64,000 nt of DNA, from NCBI GenBank assembly GCA_963575745.1, contig CAUYUJ010000058.1, positions 1 to 64,000 of the forward strand, given 5' to 3'. A program made the position numbers and the translations under genes. Each line of letters starts with the position of its first letter. The first letter of the stretch is position 1. The notes under the pieces are model-generated. The model worked only from the letters and a program-made list of their open reading frames with translations, was not told the DNA's origin and made no database searches. Below, in pieces: positions 32,882 to 45,567 of this stretch. Source of the DNA: Prorocentrum cordatum. Its lineage: Eukaryota.

Positions 32882-35355
32882 TCAATCAGGCTCGGAGGCT
32901 TCATCCTCCCAGGAATCTCCGTCACTGTCAGCTCTGCGGCCTCTCTCAGTGGAGATTCGCCCAAACTCTGCCACCCAGTCTAAATCAGATTCAACAAGCC
33001 CGAAGCAGCGGAGCACTATTTGGCGCTGCTCCGTCTGGCTCGGGAGAGCCGCCGGGGCAGCATCGGCCCCAGGCGCCTCATGCACCTCTTCGTTCGGTGG
33101 TTCAGCCCGCTGCGGCTCCCAAGTGCTACGTAGCTTGTTGGCCGTAGCCCTGCCGATACCAACAGGGGCCCCTATGTGCAGATCCTTGGTGCGAGCCCTA
33201 TTGCTAGGGAACCTGCCCTCAGCAAGGCGGCGCAGCTGCTCACGATAGCGCGGCCCTGCCTGAGCCCCGCGGCACGGCCCCAGCATCTTAGCACTGGGCA
33301 TAAGGGCAGAGAAAAAACCTCCGCATCGAAAACAAAATGTGAAAGTCTCGGCAGGGCGCTCAACTATGTGGGTACATAAAAGTGCATGCCCGCCGAGGCG
33401 CAGAGCTACTCCACAGTATTGGCTCCACGACCCGTCCCATACGAATTCTAGTTCAAGCTCACTCTGGCTGCCCAGGCGCAGGCAGTCTGCTGCGTCGGTC
33501 TGGCCGCCGACGGTCGACTCGGAAGCGCCAGCGGCAGCGGCCGGAATGGCGGGCGGCGCATCCGCGCCCGCCGCTCCACTGAGGGCCCCTCCTGCAGGGA
33601 GCGCTGGTGGGGAACTGGCAGGGCCCAGCACGTCCTCGTAGTCGTTCATGCCGTTGTCCACCATGACGCCCTGCAGCTCGCCGAACCAGCGGGCACTCTC
33701 GCGAGCCAGCTCCTCAAAACCCTTCCACAGGTGGACCTCCCTGCCCGTGATGCCCGTGTGCATGTGGGCCCCGAGTTTAGCAAAGTGGTCCACGGCATCG
33801 TTGGCCTCCCGCTCCCAGTGCGTGGACCTCCCCGCGTCGACATCAGCGGACGTGGCATGCCCAAGAGTCTTGTGAACTATCAGGTCCCCTAAGCTGAAAT
33901 GTCCCCACACTCGGCCCCATAGATGAGGTCGTTGGTCCTGCGGCCTGGCACCAGCCCCAGGCCCGCCCTGCAACGTGTCGACGGTCCCTTGGCAGTCGAT
34001 GTAAACGTCATGGGTGCCTGGCCAGACGAGGTCGCAGAGCATGAAGATGGCGAAATCCTCTCCGTCTCTAGAAGTCTGCCGCGGGCCAGCCCAGAAAGGG
34101 ACTGGCCCGTAGGCGGCAGACACCATGCGTCCGAACCGATCGACCTGGATAACCGCCCAGCCAGCGCGGGCCAACTCAGGGATCTCCATATGGAACGCGC
34201 TGCCGTCTGTGAACAACGGCCCATGCAGCAATCCATCGGCTGGACGGTTGACCCACGAAATCAAGTCGGCGGGATCCACACGAGGCAGCAGAGGCGCTGG
34301 TGAAGGTAAGACTCCTCGGGCAAACCTTTCTGCGCCTTCCACGCTCCACTCGCGCACGCGGGCAGCCCGGAGCAGATGGCGTGCTCCAACCCGCTCTCGT
34401 CGCAACTGTTGGTGCGCCGGGCACTCGTAGCAGCGATGCCACACCGTGCCGAGGCCGCTCCGGCAACGCGTGCAAAGGCCATCCTGCACGAGGCCGTGGC
34501 CAAGCAAGCGGGCCTGGCTCCAGATGGTGTTGCAGATGCCGGCCCTCAGAGCCCGCTGCTGACGCTGCGTCCAGACTGAGGTCACGCGCTGAAGGAGTGG
34601 TCTGAGACCGCTCCAAAACACTGGAAGAGCACCCGGATGATCTGGCCCACCAGCCTCGCCCCCTGCGGCCGCGGCCGCGACGCCCGACCCGACCCTGCAG
34701 AGGGCCATTCTGTCAGAGGCCCGGACAGCAGCAGCCTCCACCAGGGCCCTGAGCTGGTGCGGCGAAGTGCGATGGAGATCGTACTGCTCAGCCGTGTCGG
34801 TCCGGACGACGGTGCTGCTGACCATCTTCCAACCAACGCGGTCTAGGGTGAGGACCAAGACGTCTGCTGGAGAGCACGCCACCCGCCAGGGGGACTTCGA
34901 AGTTGCGAGCTTCCGCTGGCCGTGCTCCAATGTCACCTGCAATACCCTGGCTGCCACTGCTCCAGACCACACCGCCTCGCACCACTGCTGGAGCACCTCC
35001 GCCGTGTTCAGCACGAGCGGGTCCACGCGGCTTCCACTGCGGTACGAGTGAAGACGGAGCCCCACGCTGGCGCCCTTGGGCAGCCGACCCATGCTGGTGA
35101 CCGCACTCACCCTCAGGCCGTGGAGCTGGGACGGCGGGAGGCCCATGACGGCCCCGCCCCATAATCCAGAAGATGTAGCCCCGAGGCGATGAGCCATGGT
35201 GACGTCAGCTCCTGCTTCGCGAAGAATGGCATAACGATGACCGCGTCGTCGGGCTGCAGCCTGGCGCACACTGGTCGCCGCAACGCGTCGCAGCGCCCCC
35301 ATGGTGATGTCACCGCCCAGGCTTTTAGCCCCATCTACCCTGGCTGCTCGGAGGC
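32882..35355 (-). mobile_element. 5'-truncated LINE: RT thumb, zinc motif, RNase H and C-terminal Cys/His motif in one open frame
   Basis: AKSLGGDITMG..RR (thumb) and CTRCRSGLGTVWHRCYEC (34421-34474). RNase H motifs LFTDGS (D 34205), QTSRDGE, YIDC, KTLGH and NDAVDHFAKLG. C-terminal H..FCFRCG..LGPC. Confidence 0.88.
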
Positions 35356-35417
35356 CGGCGGGTCGGGGGACCGATGTCGAGCGGCTTTCGGCTGGGCGGG
35401 CGTGCAAGGTTGAACAG

Positions 35418-35624
35418 GACGCAGGGGCCCGTTCCGGGCCCCGGGACCCGCAGAGACGAGCCCACTGCGCGAAATCGATATCGAAGGCGGGGTCGAGGGC
35501 TTCCAGGGTCCTCCAGGAGCAAAGATCGTTCAAGACTGAACGATCCACGCGGTGTCAGAAACCAACGCCGACGTCATTGCGACGAGAGCCTCTGACCCAG
35601 CATAGTGGAGAAAGCAAAGACTTG
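35418..35624 (+). CDS. Candidate host-gene exon (DAGARSGPRDPQ...SISKAGSRASRVLQEQRSFKTERST...SKDL)
   Basis: aacag|G acceptor, TTG|gc donor, 207 bp open in phase 0. Confidence 0.3.
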
Positions 35625-36239
35625 GCGGTCCCCCACCTCCTCCTACCTTCTTCCCGCGTCCACCCGAGTCTTCATTCATTCTGTCTCCTCCCGCCTACTC
35701 CCACCTCACCCCACCTCCCCCGCCTCCCTCCTCCCCCAACTCGCCCCCGAGTCACCGAGTCCTCCCACCTCCTCTCTCATCTGTTCCCACCGCCTCCCAC
35801 GTCCTTCCGAATCCTTCCGCTTCTTCCCACGTCGTCCCGAGTCCTGCCACTTCTTCCCACGTCAGCCCATCCCCCCCCATCTCGTCCCACGTCCTCCCGG
35901 GTCCTCCTGCCTCATTTCATCCCCCCCACCGCCTCGCACCAACTCCCACTTTCCCCCCACTACCTCCCGAGTCCTCATACCTCCTCCTACTTCCTGTTCC
36001 TGCCCATGCCCCAGTCCAGAGCCAAGGCTGATGCCGCTGCCTCTTTGGTTTAGGAAACAACAACGACATGAACGCGCAATTTCCGAGGTCTTCGCGAACT
36101 TCTTGCATTGGCGCTGGGCCTCTTTTCCTGAGGGGCGGCCCAAGAAAACCGCGGGGACCTCTGAACGTTTATGTCCATGTCGTGTGTCCATTTCCGTGGT
36201 CTGTGGCGAGCCCCGCAAAGAGGCCTCGCAAGCTACGAA

Positions 36240-36630
36240 TGTGTTCGCTGGCACGTTTGGCGTTCTGGTGTACACAGGCGTTGTGGTGCATGGAGATATT
36301 GTGACGTGCGCAGGCACTTCGGTACACATTGCTGTTGTGGTGTGCACAGGCGCTGTGGTGTACACAAGCGCTCTGGTACACGCATGCAACGTGCTGTACA
36401 CAGGCGCTGTTGCGCACCCGGCTGCTGCAGTTTACACAGGCACTGCGGTGTACATAAGCGACGCGTTGCTGCGGTGCACGCGGTTGTTGTGGTGTACGGA
36501 GGCACTGTGGTTCACCCAGGCGGCGTTGCGTTGCACGCAGGCATCGGGCATTGTCGTGTACACAGGGAGCTGTGGTGCACACAGGCGATTGATGCGCCGG
36601 TGGTGTGGACGCACCCTGGCGGGTGCACGC
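36240..36630. repeat. Degenerate ~18-bp repeat (tggtgtacacaggcg..g)
   Basis: Direct reading. Confidence 0.75.
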
Positions 36631-36750
36631 CGCGGCTGGCGTTGCCGTCGCCGTCCTGCCCGACCCCCCTCCTGAGAAATGACCGTCACCTCGGAGGGAC
36701 AGAAGCGCTCACCGCCTCCCCCCTTTCTCCCTTCCCTCCGTGCCCCGTCC

Positions 36751-36919
36751 TCACCACCCACCAAACCACCCCAACCCAACCCGAAGGCCTCAAATTGACC
36801 TCCATCTCCAGTGGGGGGGGGGGGGCGGAGCACATCGAGAAAACACATATGGAACCCGTACCCCCCCAACCCGAAATTCGGGTCTTCGGGTTGGGTTGGG
36901 ATGGTCTGGTGGGTAGTCA
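36751..36919. mobile_element. MITE with long TIR and 5-bp TSD (CGTCC)
   Basis: tcaccacccaccaaaccaccccaacccaacccgaag ... cttcgggttgggttgggatggtctggtgggtagtca; cgtcc at 36746-36750 and 36920-36924. Confidence 0.88.
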
Positions 36920-37064
36920 CGTCCTCCTCCCGTCGCGCCTGCCCTCCCCCCGCGCCCGGCCCTGCGTCCTGCGGCGGGAGAGCAGGCCGCGCCCGTCTTG
37001 CCGCACATTTCCGTCGCGGGCGGCGCACGCTGTGGCGCTGCGGCCACCCCGCACGACCACACCC

Positions 37065-37181
37065 TTAAGTCGGGCGTGTCCCTCTACAGGAGGAGTACTC
37101 TTTTATAGTCAAAAAATAATCCGGGGACGATTTTCTGTTTTTCGCTGGAAATCCCCTTGTGGGGGAACACGCCCATCCTAA
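37065..37181. mobile_element. MITE, TTAAGTCGGGC family, 8-bp TSD (ccacaccc/ccataccc)
   Basis: Left TIR ttaagtcgggcgtgtccc; degenerate right TIR gggaacacgcccatcctaa. Confidence 0.8.
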
Positions 37182-38113
37182 CCATACCCATGCTTCAGCG
37201 TCCGAGCGTGTGCGGAGCGCTGCCCATGCCAGGCCCAGGGGTTCATCTTGAACAGCCTCCACAGGCAGCGTGCCAGGGGCGCCTCCTCTGCTGCCACCTC
37301 GCTTCCCACGTCCTGCTCCGGTTCTTCGCCCCACCGGGCCACGTTGCCCCCGCGTCCTTTCCCCGCTCCTCGCCCATGTTCCCTCCATCCGTTGATTTGA
37401 CGCCCACATTGATCACCTCCACCAGTTCCCAAATGCCTTTGTCCCCCTGTCAATCCGCAGCCATCGGGTATATACTCATGAATATTCGGGGTCTTTTCTC
37501 ATGCCACACCCGCCACCCCATCTTGAGCACCTTCACCTTCACCTGCTCTAGTGCCCTCCGCCGTTCGGCCGCTGGCTATTCCCATCGTGCCGCGGGGAGC
37601 GAACTGGCTTGTTCGCCGTCCGAGGCCTGGGGAACTCGCGGGGCCTCTTGAGAACTTCCTGGGGCAAAAAAAAGAGAGCAAAACCTTATTATGTCATCTT
37701 AGGGGAGGTTTTGTTATGAACAGCACGCTGATGGTTTGTGAATGTTGTTCGTCGTGTGCAGAGGAAGTTGTTCGTGTTCAGGCGCAGTTGCTCACACGGA
37801 TTTTGTAGTCGACGGGTTTCGGAGCAGCACGAACGGAGACTCAGTCAAATCGTGGAACATGGCGCAACATGTACTTGTATTACGGTCCAGGAAGCATAAT
37901 CCCACATAGTCGCAAGTTGAGCAAGTGTCCTAATACGAGCTTTGACGCTGGCATAGTGTACTGGTATCGTGTGTGCGCGAACGGCGTGTTGCATCGCGCG
38001 CGCAGGATGCCCCCCGCGGTGCGCGCGGTCGACTCCTCACGCCTGCGCGCGCAGTCGCGGCGCGGGGAAGGCCGCGACGCGAGCGAGGTCCTGCGCGTGA
38101 GGTGCGCGTCGCC

Positions 38114-38262
38114 TTCAGTCGGGCCTGTTTCTCCACAGGAGGAAGATTCAAAAATTGCCCGGGAACGATTTGTTGAGCATTGTTTGGCCATTTGGGAACA
38201 TTCTTTTACTACTGTTCATTTGTCGTCGAAGTTCCCCCTGCAGGGGGACACGCCCGACTTAA
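38114..38262. mobile_element. MITE, TTAAGTCGGGC family, perfect 8-bp TSD GCGTCGCC
   Basis: ttcagtcgggc...gggacacgcccgacttaa; gcgtcgcc at 38106-38113 and 38263-38270. Confidence 0.88.
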
Positions 38263-38799
38263 GCGTCGCCGCCGCGCTGGCCTGCGCAGGAGCCGTGGCC
38301 GCGATGCGCGCGCGCGGCTCTGCGCGCGCACTGCGCTGCGCCGCTGGCGCCCGCTGGCCACGCCCAGCGCGCGCGGCGGAGCCGCCCCGCCCAGGCCGGA
38401 GGCGGTGTGCAAGTTTCCGCCATGGGTCGTTGCGCGTCCTCCTTCCCTCCTCCTCCTCCTCCTGCTCCTCCTCCTCCTCCTCCTGCTCCTGCTCCTGCTC
38501 CTCCTCCTCTTCCTCCCCTCAATCCTCCTCCGCCTCCTCCTCTCCCTCCTCTTCCCTCCTCCTCCTCCTCCTCCTCCTCCTCCTCCTCCTCCTCCTACTT
38601 CCTCCTCCTACTTCCTCCTCCTACCTCCCACCTCCTACCTCCTACCTGCTACCTCCTACCTGCCCCTCCTCCTCCTCCTTCTCCTCCTCCTCCATCCCTT
38701 CTCCTTATGAATAACTCCTCCCTGTCTCAGTCCCAGGCGTGTCTGTAGGCCAGGCCGGGCGTTTCGCCTGAGACTTCCTTGTAATTTAGGATCGCCAAG

Positions 38800-39285
38800 C
38801 TTCAAATGTGCAGCAGTTGCACGGATAGAGGGCGGGTGGTTTTCAAAATGTGGTTCTCGCCTTAGCGTTGCGCACATTCGTCTTCGAAATGTCCAACAGT
38901 TACAGGGATGGAGGCCGGTTCCTTTTCAAAATGTGGCGCTCGCTTTAGCGCACATTCGTCTTCGAAATTTCCAACAGTTAGAAGGATCGAGGCCGGTTCC
39001 TTTTCAAAACATGGCTCTCGCCTTAGCGCCGCGCACATTCGTCTTCGACATTGCAACGGTTACACGGATCGAGGCCGGTTCCTTTTCACACTGTGGCTCT
39101 CGCCTGAGCGCCGCGCACATTCGTCTTCTAAATTTCCAACAGTTACACGGATCGAGGCTGGCACCTTTTCAAAATGTGGTTCTCGCCTTAGCGCCGCGCA
39201 CATTCGTCTTCGAACTTTCCAGTAATTCCATGGATCGAAGCCAGTTCCTTTTCAAAAAAGGGTTCTTACGTTAGCGCCGCGCTCA
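38800..39285. repeat. ~80-bp tandem repeat, about 6 copies
   Basis: cacattcgtcttc recurs at 38873, 38951, 39034, 39116 and 39199. Inverted remnants occur near 60040-60075 and 60300-60375. Confidence 0.9.
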
Positions 39286-39623
39286 TTTTAAGATCGTCCC
39301 TGAGCTTGTTTCGCGACTCCCTGTCAAATGATACAATGCGGCCAGCACTCGGCATGTCTCCTCACGCGCAAGGGCTCCAAGACCGCCCTGGGTCCGAAAG
39401 ACGGCCCAAAGGCACCGAAGAGGGCCCCCAGAGGGGTCCAAGAGGGGCCCAAGAGGAGGGGACACGAACGGACATTTCGAACCCCCCGCCCAGGCTATTG
39501 CAAGTGTCGCTCCATCGGATGCCCGCTCCGACCAGGGGGCGGTGGGCGAGACAGGAGGCCCCTGCGTGCGGAGGAATAGTAGGTCGCGGGGCGTTCTCGC
39601 GCTCACCATTCCAATCGATCACG

Positions 39624-40436
39624 TCAAGCAAAAAGCGCGTCGGCGTCGCCCGGTCCCTCAGTTTGACCGAGCTCGCTGCCGCTCGCGCCTGCTTGCGTGC
39701 CAGACATCGTGCTGGTGCCCTCCGCGTCGGATTCCTCGTCCGACGTGGCTGAAGACGAGGCGGACGGATATTCAGATCCGTACGCCAAGTCATCCTCGGC
39801 GAACTCGCCGGCCTCGCGAGCAAGTTCCCGGTCCAGGTCCTCCAAGGAAGACGGGTAATCTTCGTCCACGTGGTCTTCGTCGTCCGACGACGCCGAATCG
39901 ATCCCGCGCTCAACCTGCTCGCCCTCGCGGCGCGGCCCTACAGGCAACCAATCTGAGGCTCGGATCCTGCCGTACAGCCACACCCCCAATCTCGAGTGCG
40001 CCCTGGATGCCCCGACGTACCCGTACCCCCGGTCGGGGGTGTACGACCGTGGCGTGTTAACACCAAGAACCAGATTCAAGATGTCTGGGTTGGAGATTTT
40101 CTTGGCCTTCTCGTCCTTGATCCACAGAGACGCCGCCTTGAGGACCTCCGCCGTCCTCGAGATGCCGATTCCCCGGCGCTCTCGGGTCTCATCCGCCAGC
40201 TCCGTGAAGTACTGCACCTTTTTGTTGCCTTGGCTGGCCCGCTTCCACAATTCCTCCGTGGAAGCGTGGTTCAACCCGGACGCGGCGTGCGGGTTGAACA
40301 CCTGTGCTGCCACGTGGTCGTACCTCCGCAGCATCTGCCGTTTTGGCTCGACCCCGTCGCCGGCAGCGACGCGCTTCTTGTCATTGCCGGCGTCGGCGGC
40401 AGTAGCGAACTGGAAGAGCCCGGCGGAGTCAGCCAT
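39624..40436 (-). CDS. Unidentified ORF; globular-looking N-terminal half and acidic C-terminal half, possibly chimeric
   Basis: GCC ATG GC start at 40436, then MADSAGLFQF...LWKRASQGNKKVQYFTELADETRERRGIGISRTAEVL with coding-like codon usage. Confidence 0.45.
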   Translation of the reverse strand: MADSAGLFQFATAADAGNDKKRVAAGDGVEPKRQMLRRYDHVAAQVFNPHAASGLNHASTEELWKRASQGNKKVQYFTELADETRERRGIGISRTAEVLKAASLWIKDEKAKKISNPDILNLVLGVNTPRSYTPDRGYGYVGASRAHSRLGVWLYGRIRASDWLPVGPRREGEQVERGIDSASSDDEDHVDEDYPSSLEDLDRELAREAGEFAEDDLAYGSEYPSASSSATSDEESDAEGTSTMSGTQAGASGSELGQTEGPGDADALFA

Positions 40437-40692
40437 GGCCCTGGAGGAGCTCGCGTGGTAGCGTGCAGGGACGGGTTCAGCTGGGGCCAAACGCTACACA
40501 CATGCACACACACGCACACACACACACACACACGCGCACGCGCACGCACACACACAAGACACAATTAGGGTGAAGGAAACACACATGCACAGACACACTG
40601 ATATGACACTCGAACTGTGCAGCATCAGCCTTGCCCCATCCCATCCAGCTGCCCCTCCTGTGACCCGCGTTTCCGACTCGCACCCATGGCAG

Positions 40693-40752
40693 GCCGAGGG
40701 GCCCCGTTCCCAGACATCCGATGTCATGACTGCTCCACAAGAGGATCCGGAG
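40693..40752 (+). CDS. Candidate host-gene micro-exon (AEGPRSQTSDVMTAPQEDPE)
   Basis: ggcag|G acceptor, GAG|gc donor, 60 bp in phase 0. Confidence 0.3.
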
Positions 40753-41546
40753 GCCTCCGCAAATACCCTACGGCCTGATTTCGTCGTCACTCATTCTTTC
40801 GGGATCCCAGGGCCCCAATTTTCGAAACGGCCTCCCGAGGCCAATGACTTCAAAAACCGTCGCATTGCTTTTGCCACGGCGTCGGATGTCTGCGTCGGGC
40901 GCGCTCCTCTCGGGCGTCGGCCGGTCCGCCGCTCCAGAACGCCGCGGGCCGCGCCGTAGCTCCCTGGCTGATCGGCGACAGCCAGGGCTCTCATTCAACA
41001 AACGATCGCGCGCACGCAAAGGGCTACCCAAGTTCTGCCAGGGTTCACGTGTAAGTACTTATGAGGAGGGAACATGGGACGGGAGGGGATGTTCCTTGCG
41101 AGCACTACTAATCTTCAGTTCACTCTGGTCCTCCCTCCTCCCCCCTGGCCTTCGGCGCGCCCGTGCCGAGGCGGTACCCCGAGATCATTTCCGGGGCGTG
41201 CGTGAAGCGATGGCTCCCCCGACCCGCGCCGCGGGGACTCGGAACATGGGTGGCGCCGAGGGGGTTCCGGGCGGGCGAGCGGGGACTGGTGGGAGGGAGG
41301 ACGGCGGAGGGGAGGACGAGTGAAGGGGAGGGCGGTGGAGGAGTGGGACGGGGGAGGACGGTGGGTGGGCGGGTGAGGGAGCATGGAAGGGAGGAGGAGG
41401 AGGAGGCGGAGGAGGTGGGCTGGGGATGGCTGAGTAGGACGAGGAAGAGGACGAGGAGGACGAGGATGAGGAGGAGGAGGAGGAGGAGGAGGAGGAGGAG
41501 GAGGAGGAGGAGGAGGAGGAGGAGGAGGAGGAGGAGGAGGAGAGGA

Positions 41547-41646
41547 NNNNNNNNNNNNNNNNNNNNNNNNNNNNNNNNNNNNNNNNNNNNNNNNNNNNNN
41601 NNNNNNNNNNNNNNNNNNNNNNNNNNNNNNNNNNNNNNNNNNNNNN
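41547..41646. other. Assembly gap (100 N) within a (GAG)n tract
   Basis: Run of N. Confidence 1.
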
Positions 41647-42558
41647 CGGAGGATGGCGGAGGAGGGAGGAGGAAGGATGAGGAAGGAGGAGGAGGAGGAG
41701 GGCGGAAGGATGAGGAAGGAGGAGGAGGAGGAGGGCGGAGGAGGGAGGAGGAGGGAGGAAGAGGGAGGAGGAGGTAGCAGGATTAGGAGGAGGATGAGCA
41801 GGAGGAGGAGGAGGAGAGGAGGGGGAGGATGGGGGAGGAAGGGGAGGAGGGGGAAGGGTGGGAGGAGGAGGAGGAGGAGGAAGACGAAGACGACTACGAA
41901 TACTAATCATATTAATAATAATATGAATATTAATAAGAATACGATTTATAAGAATAGTGACAAGAATACTGATACGAATGTTACTAATAATCGTATTAAT
42001 GATAATACTAAGAAACAAACTCAGACGCCTAAGCAGAAACATACTAATACGAATACTAATAGTAATACTAAGAGGAAGACTAAGAAGAAGCATACTAAGA
42101 ATCTTCATACGAAGAATACTAAGCACACGACGACACGTAAGACTACTAAGACGACTAAGAAGAAGAGGAGGAGGAGGAGGAGGAGGAGGAGGAGGAGGAG
42201 GAGGAGGGAGAGGAGGAGCAGGACGAGAGGGATGAGGAGGAGGAGGAGGCGGAGGAGGGAGGAGGGAGGAAGAGGAGGAGGATGAGGAGGAGAGGAGGAG
42301 GAGGAGGAGGAGGGAGGAAGGGGGAGGGGGAGGGGGAGGAGGGGGAGGGGAGGGGGAGGGGGAGGGGGAGAGGGTGGGGGAGGGGCGGGGAGGGGGAGAG
42401 GACAAGCTAGGTGCGCTTGCGTCATATATGGCGTCCCACCCCTCCCTCTCATCCCTTACCATGGCGTAGATCCCCCCTCTATCCGCACAGTCGGATGCCG
42501 TAGCAGGGCATAGCATTACATGGCATATTATGGTGTTGAATATCAACTTGTAGCCTGG

Positions 42559-43120
42559 CATAGCATGGCGGGGCGACGTCCCAAAGTGGGGGGGGGCTTC
42601 TGCGGCCGAATAAATCAACGAGTCGGCACCGAATGTGTAATCACTTCCGATGGTTGTTTCGGGGGAGCATTTTCTAGATGTTCGTGCCTCCTTGGAAGGA
42701 CCAGAACACATGCCGTGACATGGCGCTGGAAACAATGACGCCAGCGTTGCAGCGGGAGCACGATCCGGAACGATCGGAAGCGCGGAAATGAGACCAGCGC
42801 TGCAGCGGGAGCACGATTCGGAGGGGTCGTAGTTTGACATAGCATGGCGCGGCGACGCTCCGAAGTGGGTGGGGGCTTCTGCGGCGCAGTAATCAACGAA
42901 TCGACACCGAATGTGTAATCACTTCCGACGGTTGTTTCGATGGGGCCATTTCCTAGATTTAGTGGCTTATTTGGAAGGACCAGAAACCATGCCGTGGCAT
43001 GGCGCTGGAAAGATTGACGCCAGCGCTGCAGCGGGAGCACGATTCGGAACGAGCGGAAGCGCGGAGCTGAGGCCAGCGATGCAGCGGGAGCATGATTCGG
43101 AACGAGCGGTAGCCCGAACA
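42559..43120. repeat. ~279-bp tandem duplication
   Basis: catagcatggcg.ggcgacg...ccgaatgtgtaatcacttccga.ggttgtttcg starts at 42559 and 42838; internal gcagcgggagcacgattcgga subrepeats. Confidence 0.88.
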
Positions 43121-43969
43121 TGAGGCCAGCGCTTCAACGAGAACCGCAGTCGGAACAAAAACACGCGAACACCCGTTTCCCGGAAATCTTGTGCGTAAAC
43201 AACCATACGCGGAGGGGTGGCGAATATTTCCCTGACGTCGCCAGGGGAGAGAGGAAAATAGTATTCATATCGTGTAACTGGAGGAGGAAGAGGAGGAGGA
43301 GGAGGAGGGAGCTGAGGAGGAGGGAGGGAGGGAGGGAGGAAGGCAGCGAGGTAGGGAGGGGGAGGAGGAGGAGGAGGAGGAGGAGGAGGAGGAGGAGGAG
43401 GAGGAGGAGGAAGAGGAGGAGAAGGAGGAGGAGGTCGGTGGGTCGTGTCCAGTCGAGTCATCCTGGGATTCGATCGCGGCCCCCCCTCGTCAGACCAGTG
43501 TTGTGGAAGTCGATTAATGGAGAAAAGATGTTACAAACATGTTTGCAACCTTTTTATACCTTTAAACACATATTTGTTCAATGATCGGATTGTTAGAGTG
43601 TCCATTGTCATCGCGGCCCCCCCTCATCAGACTGGTGAGCGGGGCCTGCGGGCCGCTAACTGGCGTCACGCCAACGTACTTATACTGTATGTGCGTCGCC
43701 CCCCCAGGGGCGACGCGCGCACCGAGAAGTCTTATAGTACATGCGTCGTGGCGGGCGCTTTCTGACCACACCGCTCGGGAAACGATAGACCACTAGATGG
43801 GTATGCTATGTGTTCGGGTCGGACGCGCGCCTCCAAAGAGGACATGTAGTATTCGTATGGCTCTGCGCGTCCCAGCTAACCCCGCTTGGTAACCACGGGC
43901 GCCGGATGGTGGCGCGCTGCCGCCAGGGACGGACCCGCTGCGCCCAGAGGGCTGCTGCGGGCCTGGCTG

Positions 43970-44205
43970 CCCCTCCCTCGATCCTCCTCGACCCTCCCTC
44001 GATCCTTGATTCACGCTTCGCGTTTTCACCAATGTTAATTCCAAATCCTCCTTCGATTCTTGATCTCTTGATCCTCCCCGATCTTTCTTGACCCTCCTCG
44101 ATCCTCCTCGATAATCTTTGATCCTCCTCGACTCTCTTCGATTCTCCTCGATACTCCTCGATCCTCCTCGACCCTCCTTGATCCTCCTCGATCCTCGATC
44201 CTCCT
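43970..44205. repeat. Decamer repeat (atcctcctcg)
   Basis: Direct reading. Confidence 0.85.
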
Positions 44206-44286
44206 CCTCCTCGTGGGGTGGCGCTTGAGGCCTCCTTGGTGAGCTCTGGGGTACTCTCGGGGCATTTTTGGGGCGTTCCTGGAGGG

Positions 44287-44450
44287 CCCAGACAGGATCG
44301 TGTCGTAAAAGAATCAGGATGGGAGGGTTTTCGCTCTTTTCGACCCCGGGCCGGTCAAAACACTACTCAGGATGAAAAGTCGGTCTTGGGGAACAGGCGG
44401 GACTTCCAGAGACGCAGTACTGAACAAAAACAGGGCGTCGCATGTTTGGG
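44287..44450. mobile_element. MITE with CCC...GGG termini and 2-bp TSD (GG)
   Basis: cccagaca...catgtttggg; aligns with 51313-51499. Confidence 0.7.
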
Positions 44451-45239
44451 GGTGGACGGAGTTGGACAAGGAGGAGAGTGGTACCTTCGGCCTGAGACTT
44501 GGTGGCCAATGCCCACTGGTCTACTAAACTACCACCTCTGCGTATCCGTAGCATGCATGTAGAGCTCAGCGCCTTGCGTGATCCCGTGCGCAGACCCAAT
44601 GGCGCCCCGCAAGTGAGCAAACACTATGGGGAGACTTACAGAACACCTTTGTTGCAACTTGTGCCTGAATGCACGACGCAGGCCGTGCTTCTCTCGGCGT
44701 GCTTGTTGTAGGGACTCGTGTCTTTGGCCTATAGCCTTCCAGGGCGGGGCCCACGTGCCTGGGTGCCCGTATGCTCTGATGGTTATGATGCCTCGCTGCG
44801 CCAACTCTGCGGCATCCCCCTTTTGTTTCTCTCTCTCTCTCTCTCTCTTAATTTACCGATAGGACCACCCTACGGGTGATGAGGAGGTTTTTGGGGGGGA
44901 AGGGGGAGGCGGTCGATTTGCGATGGCCCTGGGTTCTTTGGTGGTTTCTTCGATTTTCCGAATGTCGCCCACATCAGCCCATCTATACATCGGCCTATAT
45001 TTCGAATTATCGGTTTGTTCCAATCAGCTATATCTTCATGTAGAGATATATCGACCTAACTGCCGACCTATTTATCTATCGAGTATACATGCAGTTCTAC
45101 ATTCGCATGTCTATATATACTTATATATATATATATATATATCACTATAGGTGTATATGTATACACACATCTGTTCATGTATATATGTATACATATATAT
45201 GTATGTATAGATATTCATATCTCTAGATATATGTATCAA

Positions 45240-45521
45240 CCATCAGGGCAATTATCAGGACAACCATCGCGACAACAATCGGGACAATCATCGCGACAAC
45301 CATCGGGACAACCATCATGACAACCATCGGGACAACCATCGGGACAAGCATCGGGACAACCAGATCTAGCTATGTAGCAACGTATCTATCTATGTGTATG
45401 TATATGTATGTATGTATGCATGCATGCATGCATGCATGCATGCATGCATGCATGTATGTATGTATGTATGTATGTATGTATGCATGCATGTATGTATGTA
45501 TGTATGTATGTATGTATATAT

Positions 45522-45567
<46 letters not shown>

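Noticed and set aside
35356..35548. N-terminal ~65 aa of the 888-aa ORF as part of the LINE protein
   Set aside because: It lacks RT core motifs; LINE similarity begins at the thumb region, so this is read-through into flanking DNA.
44460..44815. LINE thumb-region fragment on the minus strand (AYGHPG...QGAELY)
   Set aside because: Resemblance is too weak to call without a profile search.
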